This document shows, in pieces, positions 19,459-30,319 of a DNA stretch of 64,000 nt. The translations under genes were made by a program, and so were the position numbers. The notes under the pieces are model-generated. The model worked only from the letters and a program-made list of their open reading frames with translations. It made no database searches and had not been told where the DNA came from. Origin of the DNA: Promethearchaeota archaeon (lineage in GTDB: Archaea > Asgardarchaeota > Lokiarchaeia > Sigyniarchaeales > SOKP01); contig JAHPZI010000021.1 of assembly GCA_019058295.1 (NCBI GenBank), positions 32,001-96,000 on the forward strand, in the 5' to 3' direction. Each line of letters starts with the position of its first letter. Within the stretch, counting starts at the first letter, position 1.

Positions 19459-19543
19459 TAAATATTAAACAAGAGCATCATGACTAATATTAATGTTCAA
19501 TAATCTCAATGCTTCGATTCCAATTATAAATTAATATATTTTA
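19459..19543. repeat. ~85-bp imperfect direct repeat, copy 1 (upstream of MFS gene)
   Basis: Aligns with 24723..24808 (shared tcaataatctcaatgc.tcgattccaa.tataa). Confidence 0.85.
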
Positions 19544-19658
19544 TATTATTCAATATTTTAAAATTGGACGCCAAAAAATAAGAAGTGGAATGTCTGGGGG
19601 GTCAATATTCTTGAAGAATCCGAAACATTTAAAATAATTCTATTATATAAATATTTTT

Positions 19659-20960
19659 ATGAGGAATTCGCCCGAAGCTACAGAAATAGGAAAAGACACT
19701 TTTAAGAGAGATATTATTTTAATTGGTATCATTACTCTCGGGGCAATTATGTTTGGTTTCTTCGAAGCAAGTTTTTTTAATACCTACTTAGAGCACGTAC
19801 TTCGATTAGATTATATTTACATTGCTATTATGGTAAGTGTATCAGCTGTTTTTGGATTAATTTTCTTATTGGTATTTGGTGTAATTAGTGATAATACTCG
19901 ATCAGAGAAGTTTGGTCGGAGGAGACCATATCTTTTATTTGGAAGTCTTGTTTCTGGAATCTGTATGATCATATATCCTTTTTCTCCTGAGTTTATCTGG
20001 TGTTTTATACTTGATGCAATTATTATTGGTGTCTTCTCAAATATGTACTATGCGGCTCAGAGAACGCTCGTTCCTGACTTGATTGAAATAGAGCATCGAG
20101 GAAGAGCTAATGGTTTAATAACAATTTTCTCAATTATAGGAATAGTTATCCCTATTTTTCTTATGTTATTTGTAAATCAATTTTATAGTGTTAAGAGAGG
20201 CGGTTCTACATATATAACTCAAGAGGGCTATATTTTTGCATTATTTTTAGGGGGATTAGCATTGATTATAGCAGGGGTAGTAGGATTTTTCTTTTTGAGG
20301 CATATTCCACCATCAGAACTTGAACCTAAAAAGAAATTCTTTGATGATTTAAAAGAAACATTTCAATATGATGAGTTAAGAAAACATCGAAATTTCTTTA
20401 GACTTATTATAGCTATGACCGTTTTCAACTTAGGATATAGAATTATTTTTCCTTTTCTTTTTAATTATATTTTTAGTCTAGGACTTAATACAACGACATT
20501 AATACTTGCTTTAGGAATTTTAATCCCCGTTATAGTTTTTATTACATTAGCTATGGGGAAACTAGCAGATACTATAGGTAGAAAAGTTTTAGTTGCTCCA
20601 GTATTAATCATTTCTTCAATTGGATATTTCATGATTCCTTTCTTAAGACCCACTAGTATATTAAATATGATTTTATTAATAATCGCAATAACATTAGTTT
20701 TTCTCTCAATAGCTTCAATTCAAGTACCACTCGCAGCGTGGCAACAAGACCTCCTCCCAGAAGGTAAGCGAGGGCAATTTTTAGGTATACTTAATGTTAT
20801 TTTTACAATATCTCAAATACCTGGGGCAATTATTGGAGGAGTAATTGCTGATTCCATGGGTCTTGCTTGGATTTTTGCTTTTGCACCAATTTTTCTCTTA
20901 GCGTCAATTCCGCTTTTCTTAAGGGTTAAGGAAACATTACCTGAAGATTTAAAGTTCTAA
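19659..20960 (+). CDS. MFS transporter (GPH/MalT-like sugar transporter)
   Basis: About 12 TM helices. Motifs GVISDNTRSEKFGRRRPY and GKLADTIGRK. Confidence 0.9.
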   Translation: MRNSPEATEIGKDTFKRDIILIGIITLGAIMFGFFEASFFNTYLEHVLRLDYIYIAIMVSVSAVFGLIFLLVFGVISDNTRSEKFGRRRPYLLFGSLVSGICMIIYPFSPEFIWCFILDAIIIGVFSNMYYAAQRTLVPDLIEIEHRGRANGLITIFSIIGIVIPIFLMLFVNQFYSVKRGGSTYITQEGYIFALFLGGLALIIAGVVGFFFLRHIPPSELEPKKKFFDDLKETFQYDELRKHRNFFRLIIAMTVFNLGYRIIFPFLFNYIFSLGLNTTTLILALGILIPVIVFITLAMGKLADTIGRKVLVAPVLIISSIGYFMIPFLRPTSILNMILLIIAITLVFLSIASIQVPLAAWQQDLLPEGKRGQFLGILNVIFTISQIPGAIIGGVIADSMGLAWIFAFAPIFLLASIPLFLRVKETLPEDLKF

Positions 20961-20987
20961 TAATTAATTATAAAATAATCTAAAATT

Positions 20988-21857
20988 ATGGTTGAGAGGA
21001 ATATGAATTTAAAATATCCTATAGCTGAATATGGAGCTCTATTTGATGCTCACGTGCATACTTATTTCGATTACCATGATGGAATGATTACACCTCAGCA
21101 ATTGATAAAGATGACATTAAAAAAAGGATTTAATTATGTCTGTGCAATGGCCCATGATACTATTCGAGGAGTAAAAATAATAGAAAAATTAGCCAAAAGT
21201 TTTCATCTCCCCTCAATCCCTGCTATGGAAGTTTCTACAAATTATAATCATATCTTAGCATTTGGGGTACAGGAATGGCCTTATCGGAGGGCTTGTTGGG
21301 ATCCTGATGTGGTAATTGAATATCTGCGAGAGCAAGATTGTGCTATTTTCCTCGCTCACCCGTTTTCTGATCCACATGATGGTCTATGGACCCCAGAGAT
21401 TGTAAAAAGATTAGATATTGATGGAATTGAATGGACAAATTCAACGGCCTATATGAAAAATTGGAAGACACATAAAGTCTATCAAAATATACCTAAGGGG
21501 AGACGCATTGCAGGATCAGATGCCCATACTACTTCGGTTTTCGGTACTGCCTTCACACAAGTGGATCTAAATAGTGCAGATCCCGATGATCTTGTGGCTG
21601 CAATGAAAAAAGGTAAGTGTAAAGCCTACTCTGGTACTGCACCTCATCACATAGCTCTATATATGTCAATAAAGTGTATTATATGGAATAAGATTATTAA
21701 GAGACGGCGGATTGAAGGACGTCATATAATTCCAGACGGGGACCGCCCGGGGAGTATTGTTCCCAGTATCATAAAATCAAGTGCAGAATGGGTAGAGAAA
21801 ATAATGAAAAAACCTGAAAATATCAGAACTAAAGTCTGGGTGGATGGGTCTATTTGA
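20988..21857 (+). CDS. PHP-domain metal-dependent phosphoesterase
   Basis: Motifs DAHVHT, HD, EVST...H, AHP and GSDAH. Confidence 0.9.
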   Translation: MVERNMNLKYPIAEYGALFDAHVHTYFDYHDGMITPQQLIKMTLKKGFNYVCAMAHDTIRGVKIIEKLAKSFHLPSIPAMEVSTNYNHILAFGVQEWPYRRACWDPDVVIEYLREQDCAIFLAHPFSDPHDGLWTPEIVKRLDIDGIEWTNSTAYMKNWKTHKVYQNIPKGRRIAGSDAHTTSVFGTAFTQVDLNSADPDDLVAAMKKGKCKAYSGTAPHHIALYMSIKCIIWNKIIKRRRIEGRHIIPDGDRPGSIVPSIIKSSAEWVEKIMKKPENIRTKVWVDGSI

Positions 21858-24694
21858 AAACTGGGGAACTTGAATATTCAAACAAATTTATTAAGCGGAT
21901 ACAAATTATACCTGCTTTATTAAATATTATATTAGCCTGCTTGATTGAATATGTTGTTCTTGATAACTCTCAATTTTGGGACCAGATTAATATCGAAGCT
22001 GAAAGAATTTTTTTTATTACCTTTGATTTTGTTTTTTTCTTAATTATTTTAGGGATTATTATAGGAGGTTATTGTTTATTTTACATATATCTTAGTTTTA
22101 AATCTCCAGAAATTGCCCAGATCCCTCTCATTAGTGGATTAGTTGTTTTCTTTACTATGTTAATCGAATTTTTTCTCTTCATGATTATTTTTCAAAATGA
22201 AATGATTGATGTGTATCAAATATACAATTTAATGGGCTCTCCAATTGATTTAATCGTGTATTTGATTCTATTTAGCATTTTGCTCTTCATAACAATTCTA
22301 ATCATTTATAAGTTCCCTCTTCTATGGAAATTTTATTCTATCTTGAACCATGAGAACAATAAAAGCATTTTAAAAACACCAAACCAACATGATACATCTA
22401 AGTATTCTAATAGAGATAATAAGAAGTTGCGATTTTTGGAAAAAAAGTTACGTCCAAAGTTTATTCTTAAATTGATCTCTGTTTGGTTTATCATCTTTGC
22501 ACCTTTATTGTGCTTTTTTACGTTTCAACATCCTCGGTTAATATTTTGGGAATATTATTTCTATCAGTTTGATTGGACTTCTCCTTTTGTATATCTTCAT
22601 ATTTTAATGTTCATGGTATCTCTGTTATCCGTTATAGTACTTACTAAAACAAAGTCACTAAATTCTGATTCCATTAGATCCAGTTTGGAAAAAAGAAGAT
22701 ATGTTTTATTATTACTTTTATTATTAGGTTCTTTATTCATACAAGTTATTTCTCTAATCGTTTTAGGATTACAACAATCCTTAATTTTGATTATTTACAA
22801 TCCACTCTTTTTTATGACTATTAGTTTTTTCCTTGCTTTTTTTGGTAAACTTTTACTATCAGAGAGATGTAAAGTCTTATGGAGTAAATTAAGCACCGTG
22901 TCAAAAAGAAAGCCTAAGGCTAATCACAATAAATTAACAAAAAAAAGATCAAGGTTATTTTTCATCTTGATAATTACATTACCCATATCATGGATGTGTT
23001 TTTACCAACCCATGTTCACCCTTATGCCATCAGATCTGCCAGAATCATATGATGCTAAATATGTCCAGAATTCTTATGAAGATCTCACATTGACTCAAAA
23101 GACGCTATTTGATGAAGTTCTTGAAGATCAATTACCAGTAGGATCAAGTTTATCCACATATCTAAATGATACCTTGAGTACGCGCACGGCAGTCAGAGTT
23201 GCCAGTGGGCTCCTATTTAGAAACCATGAGGGTGATATTGAATGTGCTACAGAAATTATTAAATGGTTGCTAGCTCTGCAAAAAACTGATACTTCTAAAG
23301 AATCATATGGCACATGGAAAACTTCGGTTGAGAATGACAAGGACGATGATAATTGGAGGGAATTTATAGGTTTGGAACTAATTATCATCCTTGAACGTCA
23401 TGAAGATAAATTACCTTCTAAATTGGTTTCCCGTATCAAAGAATCATTAATTCTTGCAGCCAAAGGAGCAAAGGATCGCGGTGTTGAACCCACTAAAACA
23501 AATATTGCCATTATGAGCGCTTTTTTGATGGCCTACGTAGGGAAAAATATGAATAAACCCGAGATTGAAGAGAGTGGTCTTCTTAAAGCTTGGCACATTT
23601 ATATCCTTTTCAATCGGCATGAGTCTTTTACTGAATTCAATTCACCAACGTATAATGGGGTGGTAATGCTGGGACTTGCATGCTGGCGGGATATAGGCCC
23701 ATGTGAAGAAATGAAAGCAATGGGAGCAGAAATGGAAATAAAATTATGGCAACATATTGCTGCTGTTTATCATGCTGGATTTAAAAATATTGTAGGTCCT
23801 TTTTTTCGTAGTTATGGAATGGATATGACTAAATATAACGCACTTATTGGCATTTGGATCACTCTTGCCCTCGATGATCTTGGAAAAAGCCCATTAGCAC
23901 TAAAAAATGGGCCGGATTATTACGAGCTTAGTAATATTTTCCCTGCAGTTCAGGTAGGGCATTGCGAAATAGATTCTGTTATTAATAGTCTAAAGAGTTT
24001 TAAAAAATATAGGTTCGTTGAAAAACAGATTCCTAGCTCATTAGACTATTTTTCAAAAAAATATAAAGCAACAATATGGATTGATGAAGATATGATGATG
24101 GGAGGAGTAGAGGGATACCACAGGTATTTATTATACACAAAGCAAATTAAGGTTGGTACTATTTATTGGAATTCCACAGTGAATGAATCGTTATCTTGGC
24201 TAATGGTCCCAAGCCTTAATGCTCAAAATGTTAAAGTATCTGAAACAAAAATGAGAATATGGAGAGATGATAATGTAGATACCTTGACGTTTTATGTAAA
24301 TGGAAAAGATATAGATACTTCTGACTTCAAGAAAAAAGAGTGGGATTTACCAGGAATTAAAATAATTAGTTCAATAGATCCTTCTTTATTGAAAGTAAAG
24401 AAAATAGATTCGGATGAATTTAGCTCAGATTTTGAAGTGAATCATAACCTTGATACGATTTTTGAGATCAAATGTTATACAAACGAGGTAGAACTGACTA
24501 TTAACCACGAGGACAGTAGTGGAAACGGAGAGTTTGACATTATAGAGTTTTTTACGAGCCCCTTAGGATTGGTTACACTCTCAGGAATTGGAATCGCAAT
24601 GGTGGTAGGCGTCGTGATGGTGTTAAAAAAGAAGAAAAAAGAAGATGACCCGATATCTCAAATAGGTCCTGATATACCACTTCAAGTTGATTGA
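21854..24694 (+). CDS. Multi-pass membrane protein with large soluble (alpha/alpha-toroid-like) domain and C-terminal TM anchor
   Basis: Multiple N-terminal TM helices. Soluble domain has D.NWREFIG, TNIAIM and EFNSPTY.G motifs. C-terminal TM is followed by KKKKK. Overlaps the PHP gene by 4 nt. Confidence 0.75.
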   Translation: MKTGELEYSNKFIKRIQIIPALLNIILACLIEYVVLDNSQFWDQINIEAERIFFITFDFVFFLIILGIIIGGYCLFYIYLSFKSPEIAQIPLISGLVVFFTMLIEFFLFMIIFQNEMIDVYQIYNLMGSPIDLIVYLILFSILLFITILIIYKFPLLWKFYSILNHENNKSILKTPNQHDTSKYSNRDNKKLRFLEKKLRPKFILKLISVWFIIFAPLLCFFTFQHPRLIFWEYYFYQFDWTSPFVYLHILMFMVSLLSVIVLTKTKSLNSDSIRSSLEKRRYVLLLLLLLGSLFIQVISLIVLGLQQSLILIIYNPLFFMTISFFLAFFGKLLLSERCKVLWSKLSTVSKRKPKANHNKLTKKRSRLFFILIITLPISWMCFYQPMFTLMPSDLPESYDAKYVQNSYEDLTLTQKTLFDEVLEDQLPVGSSLSTYLNDTLSTRTAVRVASGLLFRNHEGDIECATEIIKWLLALQKTDTSKESYGTWKTSVENDKDDDNWREFIGLELIIILERHEDKLPSKLVSRIKESLILAAKGAKDRGVEPTKTNIAIMSAFLMAYVGKNMNKPEIEESGLLKAWHIYILFNRHESFTEFNSPTYNGVVMLGLACWRDIGPCEEMKAMGAEMEIKLWQHIAAVYHAGFKNIVGPFFRSYGMDMTKYNALIGIWITLALDDLGKSPLALKNGPDYYELSNIFPAVQVGHCEIDSVINSLKSFKKYRFVEKQIPSSLDYFSKKYKATIWIDEDMMMGGVEGYHRYLLYTKQIKVGTIYWNSTVNESLSWLMVPSLNAQNVKVSETKMRIWRDDNVDTLTFYVNGKDIDTSDFKKKEWDLPGIKIISSIDPSLLKVKKIDSDEFSSDFEVNHNLDTIFEIKCYTNEVELTINHEDSSGNGEFDIIEFFTSPLGLVTLSGIGIAMVVGVVMVLKKKKKEDDPISQIGPDIPLQVD

Positions 24695-24722
24695 AGTTCA
24701 ATTTCAAAAATTATTTCAATGG

Positions 24723-24808
24723 TAAATCTTAAACATAACCATCATCACTAATATCTAATGCTCAATAATCTCAATGCATCGATTCCAAGTATAAGTTTAT
24801 ATATTTTA
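24723..24808. repeat. ~85-bp imperfect direct repeat, copy 2 (upstream of coiled-coil gene)
   Basis: Aligns with 19459..19543. Confidence 0.85.
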
Positions 24809-24837
24809 GAAAATAATAATAATGAGGGAGAAGTTTT

Positions 24838-25248
24838 ATGTCAGAAGAAATAGAATCAATAAATCGTATACTTAGGGATCTAGAAGAAAAAATTTCCAAA
24901 ACAGAAGAAGCAGCTTCAATAGAAGAGACATCCATAAAAAATAATATTGATTTAGAATTTAATGAAAAAATAGAAGCTGCTAAGGTCAATTTAGAGAAAG
25001 AAATGGTTTGGCTAAAAGAAGCGGAAGAAAAATATAATGAATGGAAGAAAAGATTCACCGATAAAAAAGTATATGTTAAAACCTTAGAAAAAACATTAAA
25101 CACCTTAATGACACAAAAATCAAATACATTAAAGACAAAATTAAAACCAGTATTAGATAACAAAGAAAGAAAGATTAAAGATTTTCAGAAAGCTATAAAG
25201 AATTTAAAAAAAAAAAAAAACAAGATAGAAAAAGCGTCAGAAAAATGA
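24838..25248 (+). CDS. Hypothetical coiled-coil protein
   Basis: E/K-rich heptad pattern. SD-like gaggga upstream. Confidence 0.75.
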   Translation: MSEEIESINRILRDLEEKISKTEEAASIEETSIKNNIDLEFNEKIEAAKVNLEKEMVWLKEAEEKYNEWKKRFTDKKVYVKTLEKTLNTLMTQKSNTLKTKLKPVLDNKERKIKDFQKAIKNLKKKKNKIEKASEK

Positions 25249-25282
25249 TTAAGTAAATAATGAGAGATAAATTTCTTTTTTT

Positions 25283-25783
25283 TTAAATAAAATTACATGA
25301 AGGGGTAAATCGTCCTCTCTTTTTTTCTAAATATTGTTGATGATACTCTTCAGCTTGCCAAAATTTTGATGCAGGTACTATTTCCGTAACAATAGGATTT
25401 CTATACTTCTTAGACTCTTCTACCCTTTTCCTTGAATTATGTGCTTCTTTTTTCTGTTCCTCATTTAGATAAAAGATAGCTGATCTATATTGAGAGCCAA
25501 TGTCAAATCCTTGACGATTCAATGTGGTGGGATCATGAATATCCCAAAATACATCAAGCAAATCTGTATAAGAAATAATGGTTGGATCAAAAGTCACTTC
25601 CACTGCTTCAGCATGGCCCGTTTTATGAGAACATACATCTTTATAGGTGGGATTCGGAAAATTACCCCCTGTATAACCAACTCGAGTAGAAATTACACCT
25701 TTTAATTTTCTAAACTGTGCTTCTATACCCCAAAAACAACCTGCTGCAAAAATTGCGATTTGATATTCCATATTAATATTCAA
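25283..25783 (-). CDS. msrA: Peptide-methionine (S)-S-oxide reductase
   Basis: Motifs [15 protein letters not shown] and AEEYHQQY. Confidence 0.97.
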   Translation of the reverse strand: MNINMEYQIAIFAAGCFWGIEAQFRKLKGVISTRVGYTGGNFPNPTYKDVCSHKTGHAEAVEVTFDPTIISYTDLLDVFWDIHDPTTLNRQGFDIGSQYRSAIFYLNEEQKKEAHNSRKRVEESKKYRNPIVTEIVPASKFWQAEEYHQQYLEKKRGRFTPSCNFI

Positions 25784-25922
25784 AAAATAAAAGAAATTAT
25801 AATTATTTTTTATTTATTATAAGAAATTAGCCCCAAATAGGTTATTCTTATAATTTACAGAGATTCATCCTTTTTATTATATAATACAACTATTATAATA
25901 CCTATTTTTTTATATTTACTAT

Positions 25923-26303
25923 ATGAAGTCTAAAGTACCTAAAAAGAAAGAGTTAACAGAAGAGCAAAAATATGTTCTATATCAAAAGGGCACTGAACGA
26001 CCGTTTACTGGAAAATTTTGGGATAATCATGAGGATGGCACTTATAAATGTGCAGGATGCGGTTCTGAGTTGTTTTCTTCTGATACAAAATTTGATTCCG
26101 GAACCGGTTGGCCAAGTTTTTATGATGCACTCGATCCTGAGAAAGTTGAACTAAAGACAGATACTAGTCTTGGAATGATCCGGACCGAAGTCGTGTGTAA
26201 AAATTGTGGCGGTCATTTAGGGCATATGTTTAAGGATGGTCCAAAACCAACAGGATGTAGGTATTGTATTAATTCAGCTTCTTTGGATTTTGAATCGAAA
26301 TGA
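25923..26303 (+). CDS. msrB: Peptide-methionine (R)-S-oxide reductase
   Basis: Motifs GTERPF, two CxxC, GWPSF, HLGH and RYCINS. Confidence 0.97.
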   Translation: MKSKVPKKKELTEEQKYVLYQKGTERPFTGKFWDNHEDGTYKCAGCGSELFSSDTKFDSGTGWPSFYDALDPEKVELKTDTSLGMIRTEVVCKNCGGHLGHMFKDGPKPTGCRYCINSASLDFESK

Positions 26304-26420
26304 TTAATAATACGAGAACATTTTAGTTGAACTTTGTAAACTTTTTTTTTGTTAAATAATTAAATAAAAAAACTATTCTATGTATAAATTTTAAAAAATA
26401 AAAAAAAGAATCTATAAGAA

Positions 26421-28199
26421 TTATTTATTCCACAGCGGATCTGCTTCCTGCAATTGTCTTCTTTGTACTTTCCCTAAGACATTTTTAGGGACTTCCTCAA
26501 TAAATTCTATAATAGTAGGACATTTCCATTTTGTTAAGTTTTCCTCAGTCCAAGCTTTTAATTCTTCTACTGTGATTGTATTTTCATATTCTGGTTTTAT
26601 TTGTACCCAGGCTTTTATGATTTCTCCTACTTTGCCAGCGGGATCAGGAAGTCCAGCAACTGCTGCCTCAGAAACAGCTTCATTCTTCATGAGCATGGAT
26701 TCCACTTCTTTTGGAAAGACTGAATGACCTGCTACTTTGATCAATTGCTTTTTTCTATCCATTATGGTGATCGTTCCATCTTCTCTCATGAAACCAATAT
26801 CTCCTGTTAAAAGCCATTTTCTACCATCCCATTCTTTAATCGTGTCAGCAGTTTCTTCTGGCTGATTAAGATAACCCTTCATAACTTGGGGTCCACATAC
26901 ACAAATCTCACCCGTGTTTTCTTCTCCATACTTTGATCCTGGTAATCCATCTGCTATAAGCCCTTTATTAAAATCTTCTGTTGGAAAAATTGCCCAATCT
27001 GTTCCTGGAAAAGGCATCCCGATTGTACCTAATGGACTTTCTCCAAATAGATTACCCCCACTTACGACTGGACTCGCCTCTGAAAGGCCATATCCTTCAA
27101 CTATCCTACCTCCTGTATTTTTTTCGAAAGCTTCTTGGACAGGTTTATGCAGTGGTCCGGCACCCGACACACATAATCTTAATTTCCCCATTATATCATA
27201 ATCTTGAATTTCAGGAAAATCTGCTAGTCGCTTAAATAAGATTTCTGCACCAGCATAAGCTAAACCTTTGGGGGCAGGAATTTCTTGAATTTCTTTCAAC
27301 AATTCTTTTGTAGGAGGAGGTCTAGGAAAGAGCATCATCCATCCTCCAGCAGCAATAGAAAATGTCATTACAGCAGTCATAGCAAAAGAGTGAAACATTG
27401 GTAATACACCTACATCACCAAGACCAGGCTCTTCACCTCCAAACCATAACATACATTGGATGGCATTGGAAACTACATTGAAATGAGTTAAATCTGTGGC
27501 TTTCGGAACTCCAGTTGTACCACCAGTCATTATATAGGTAACGGTATCCTCTGTTGGATTTATTTTTACATCAGGTAAATTTGGGGTAGTTTCTAAAAGA
27601 TCAGTAAATTTATAAGAAGGATCAAATGTTACTTTACCTTTAGGAATTTTTCCTATTAATTTACCTAAAATTCTTAGAGCTTTAGGAATCCCAATTGCCA
27701 TATCTGCCACATTTGTATATATCACAAAATCTAATTTGTGTTTGCTGAGAATTGGTTCAACTAATTCCTTCCATAGCGCATCAAGTGTAATTAATGCTTT
27801 AGCATTAGTTATTTCTAAGTGATGAAGTACTTCTAATGGTTTATAAGTCGGATTTATACCTGTAGCGATAGCACCTAATTTTGCGCACGCAAAATATGCA
27901 ATCACATATTGAAAACAATTTGGCAGTAGAAATGCTATACAATCATTTTTTTTGATTCCTAAATTATGTAAAGCTGTAGCAAAAGAATCAATATTTTTTC
28001 CTAATTCTTCATAGGTCATCCAGGTTTCTAAGAACCACATTACGTTTTCATTAGGATATTTTTTTCTCTGTGTCTCAAAAAATTCTCCAAGCGTTATTTC
28101 TGGAAAATCATAGTTTTTGGGTACATTTTTTGGCCACCATTTCTTAAACCATGCTTTATCTTCATTTACTTGCCATTTTTTAGACATAATTTTAATCAC
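26421..28199 (-). CDS. Long-chain fatty-acid--CoA ligase (AMP-binding family)
   Basis: Motifs TGGTTGVPK, EGYGLSE, TGDIG, DRKK and PKNVLGK. Confidence 0.92.
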   Translation of the reverse strand: MIKIMSKKWQVNEDKAWFKKWWPKNVPKNYDFPEITLGEFFETQRKKYPNENVMWFLETWMTYEELGKNIDSFATALHNLGIKKNDCIAFLLPNCFQYVIAYFACAKLGAIATGINPTYKPLEVLHHLEITNAKALITLDALWKELVEPILSKHKLDFVIYTNVADMAIGIPKALRILGKLIGKIPKGKVTFDPSYKFTDLLETTPNLPDVKINPTEDTVTYIMTGGTTGVPKATDLTHFNVVSNAIQCMLWFGGEEPGLGDVGVLPMFHSFAMTAVMTFSIAAGGWMMLFPRPPPTKELLKEIQEIPAPKGLAYAGAEILFKRLADFPEIQDYDIMGKLRLCVSGAGPLHKPVQEAFEKNTGGRIVEGYGLSEASPVVSGGNLFGESPLGTIGMPFPGTDWAIFPTEDFNKGLIADGLPGSKYGEENTGEICVCGPQVMKGYLNQPEETADTIKEWDGRKWLLTGDIGFMREDGTITIMDRKKQLIKVAGHSVFPKEVESMLMKNEAVSEAAVAGLPDPAGKVGEIIKAWVQIKPEYENTITVEELKAWTEENLTKWKCPTIIEFIEEVPKNVLGKVQRRQLQEADPLWNK

Positions 28200-28467
28200 T
28201 TTTTTTAGATAATAAGTTCTTGATAAATATTGATATCATAATTTTTAAATTTTAATTAAATTATTTATAAAACCATATTGAATCTTAAGACATAGCTCGA
28301 TCCCTAAAATTGCTAAAAAGAACTATCGTGATTGATTATAATCATTATATTTTAATATATTCAATTCCATTAATGTTATTGAAAATTAATTACCAATCTA
28401 AGGTGGACGTGCAATCTGCAATAAATGCTATTGTGAGAATATTCAAAAATGTTCAATTGTAGGACTT

Positions 28468-28689
28468 ATGCCCATAGACTTTTGCTGTACTTTATGTGTT
28501 TATTATGATTCTGAAAAAAAATGTACTAAAGCGCAAATTACCCCAAGCACAAGTGCTTCCAGCATAGAGAGCAAGATAAAACTTAAAAATGCCTCGATTA
28601 GTGGTGATCAGTTAAAAGTTTTACTTGAACAAGAAGGTAAAGAATTTTCTATTTTCATAGATCTTAGAAAATATTTAAATTCTATTTAA
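28468..28689 (+). CDS. Small hypothetical protein with N-terminal Cys cluster
   Basis: CCTLC...C motif. Preceded by agga. Fills an intergenic gap. Confidence 0.5.
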   Translation: MPIDFCCTLCVYYDSEKKCTKAQITPSTSASSIESKIKLKNASISGDQLKVLLEQEGKEFSIFIDLRKYLNSI

Positions 28690-28692
28690 AAT

Positions 28693-30174
28693 CTAATTGT
28701 TAATTGGGCGTCCTTTCTTATGGATTGCTTTACCTAATACATCTTGAGATGCTTCGCGTACAATCTCTGATAGAGTTGGATGACTGTGTATCGTAGAATT
28801 AATATTTTGAATTGTTAAATCATTTTGCATTGCCAATGCAATTTCTGCAATTAATCCAGAGGCTCCAACTCCCATGCATGATGCTCCAATGATTTTATTA
28901 GTTACTTTATTACATAAGATCTGTAAAAATCCTGAATCTTCCCCCATACATTTAGCTTTACCATGTGATTGATAAGAAAATAGCCCCATAATCACATCTA
29001 TACCCTGATTTTTAGCAGATTTTCTTCTTATTCCAATAGAGCCTATATTAGGGGAAATAAAGATTGTTGCTGGAATTAAACTATAATCTGCTCTCATTTC
29101 CTTTACTGGGAATCCCCCGATACGAGATAAAGCGTTTGAAACAGCAATATCACCTTCATAACTAGCTACATGAGCTAGAAGAAGTCCTCCAGTAACATCT
29201 CCTATTGCGTAAATCCCTCTAACGGAAGTTTCTAAACTAAAAGGATCAATCTTTATTGATCCTCGGTTAGTTTTTATATCAAGTTTTTCTAATCCTATAT
29301 TTTTTGATTCTTTTTCCCGACCAATTGATACTAAACATAAGTCTGCCATATGGGTAGATTTTTCAGCATTATTTATTTCTTCTTTGGGAACGGATGCGTC
29401 ACATGTTATCGCTTTAACTCCCGAACCTGTATTTTCTATAGATAATACATTTAGCGAAGTATGTATTTCTATTCCTAATTTCTTGAATTTATTTTCTAAC
29501 TCCCTAATTATTATAGGTTCTTCAGTTGCTATCGGCTTATTCAAGTATTCTAACATAATTACTTTACTTCCAAAGTGATTAAATATATAAGCAAATTCAC
29601 ATCCAATGACCCCTGCCCCAATTATTAACAATCGTTTTGGTATCTTATTAAAACTTGGATCTAAAATATCATTGCTGGTCAAAATTCTTTCATGATCAAT
29701 GTTAAAGTTAGGGATTAGCGTAGGTGAAGAACCAGTTGCAATAATAACTGTTTTAGTAGTTATAACTTCATTATCTTTCCCTTGAATTGAAATTTTAAAT
29801 CCTGTATCAATATTACCTCCAATAATTTTACCATGTCCTTCATAAACTCTGTTTTTCCAAGCTTTCTGTAAAGCTATTATCCCCTCAACCAATTCTTTAA
29901 CAACTTTATTCTTTCTTTCTATAGCTTTAGCAAAATTTACGTTAAAATCCTTAATTTCTATTCCGAATTCTTCAGCTTTTTCTTTAATTTGTTCAATTAA
30001 ATAAGCCGACTCGTACAAAGCTTTTGTTGGGATGCACCCACGATTAAGACATGTTCCGCCTAATTTATCTTTTTCAATCAAGGCTACTTTTGCACCGTAT
30101 TGAGCTGCCCTTATAGCTGCTTGGTATCCCCCCGGTCCTGCACCAATAATGGTAATATCATATTGTTCTTCCAT
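28693..30174 (-). CDS. lpdA: Dihydrolipoyl dehydrogenase
   Basis: Motifs GAGPGG, GGTCLNRGCIP, GAGVIGCE and HPTLSE. Confidence 0.93.
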   Translation of the reverse strand: MEEQYDITIIGAGPGGYQAAIRAAQYGAKVALIEKDKLGGTCLNRGCIPTKALYESAYLIEQIKEKAEEFGIEIKDFNVNFAKAIERKNKVVKELVEGIIALQKAWKNRVYEGHGKIIGGNIDTGFKISIQGKDNEVITTKTVIIATGSSPTLIPNFNIDHERILTSNDILDPSFNKIPKRLLIIGAGVIGCEFAYIFNHFGSKVIMLEYLNKPIATEEPIIIRELENKFKKLGIEIHTSLNVLSIENTGSGVKAITCDASVPKEEINNAEKSTHMADLCLVSIGREKESKNIGLEKLDIKTNRGSIKIDPFSLETSVRGIYAIGDVTGGLLLAHVASYEGDIAVSNALSRIGGFPVKEMRADYSLIPATIFISPNIGSIGIRRKSAKNQGIDVIMGLFSYQSHGKAKCMGEDSGFLQILCNKVTNKIIGASCMGVGASGLIAEIALAMQNDLTIQNINSTIHSHPTLSEIVREASQDVLGKAIHKKGRPINN

Positions 30175-30319
30175 CTTATACTCAACTTCTTTGTTTAATC
30201 CATATTAATTTCTTACTAAAAAATGAAATAACATATAGTTCACATAGAATAATTCACTTAATAAAGTATTTTGTATTTATCTTGCTCATATAGCGATTTC
30301 AATTATAAATTTATATATT

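Noticed and set aside
25206-25220. A15 homopolymer in the coiled-coil gene as a phase-variation site
   Set aside because: In frame and only ~10 codons from the stop, so slippage would change little. Poly-A is common in this AT-rich DNA.
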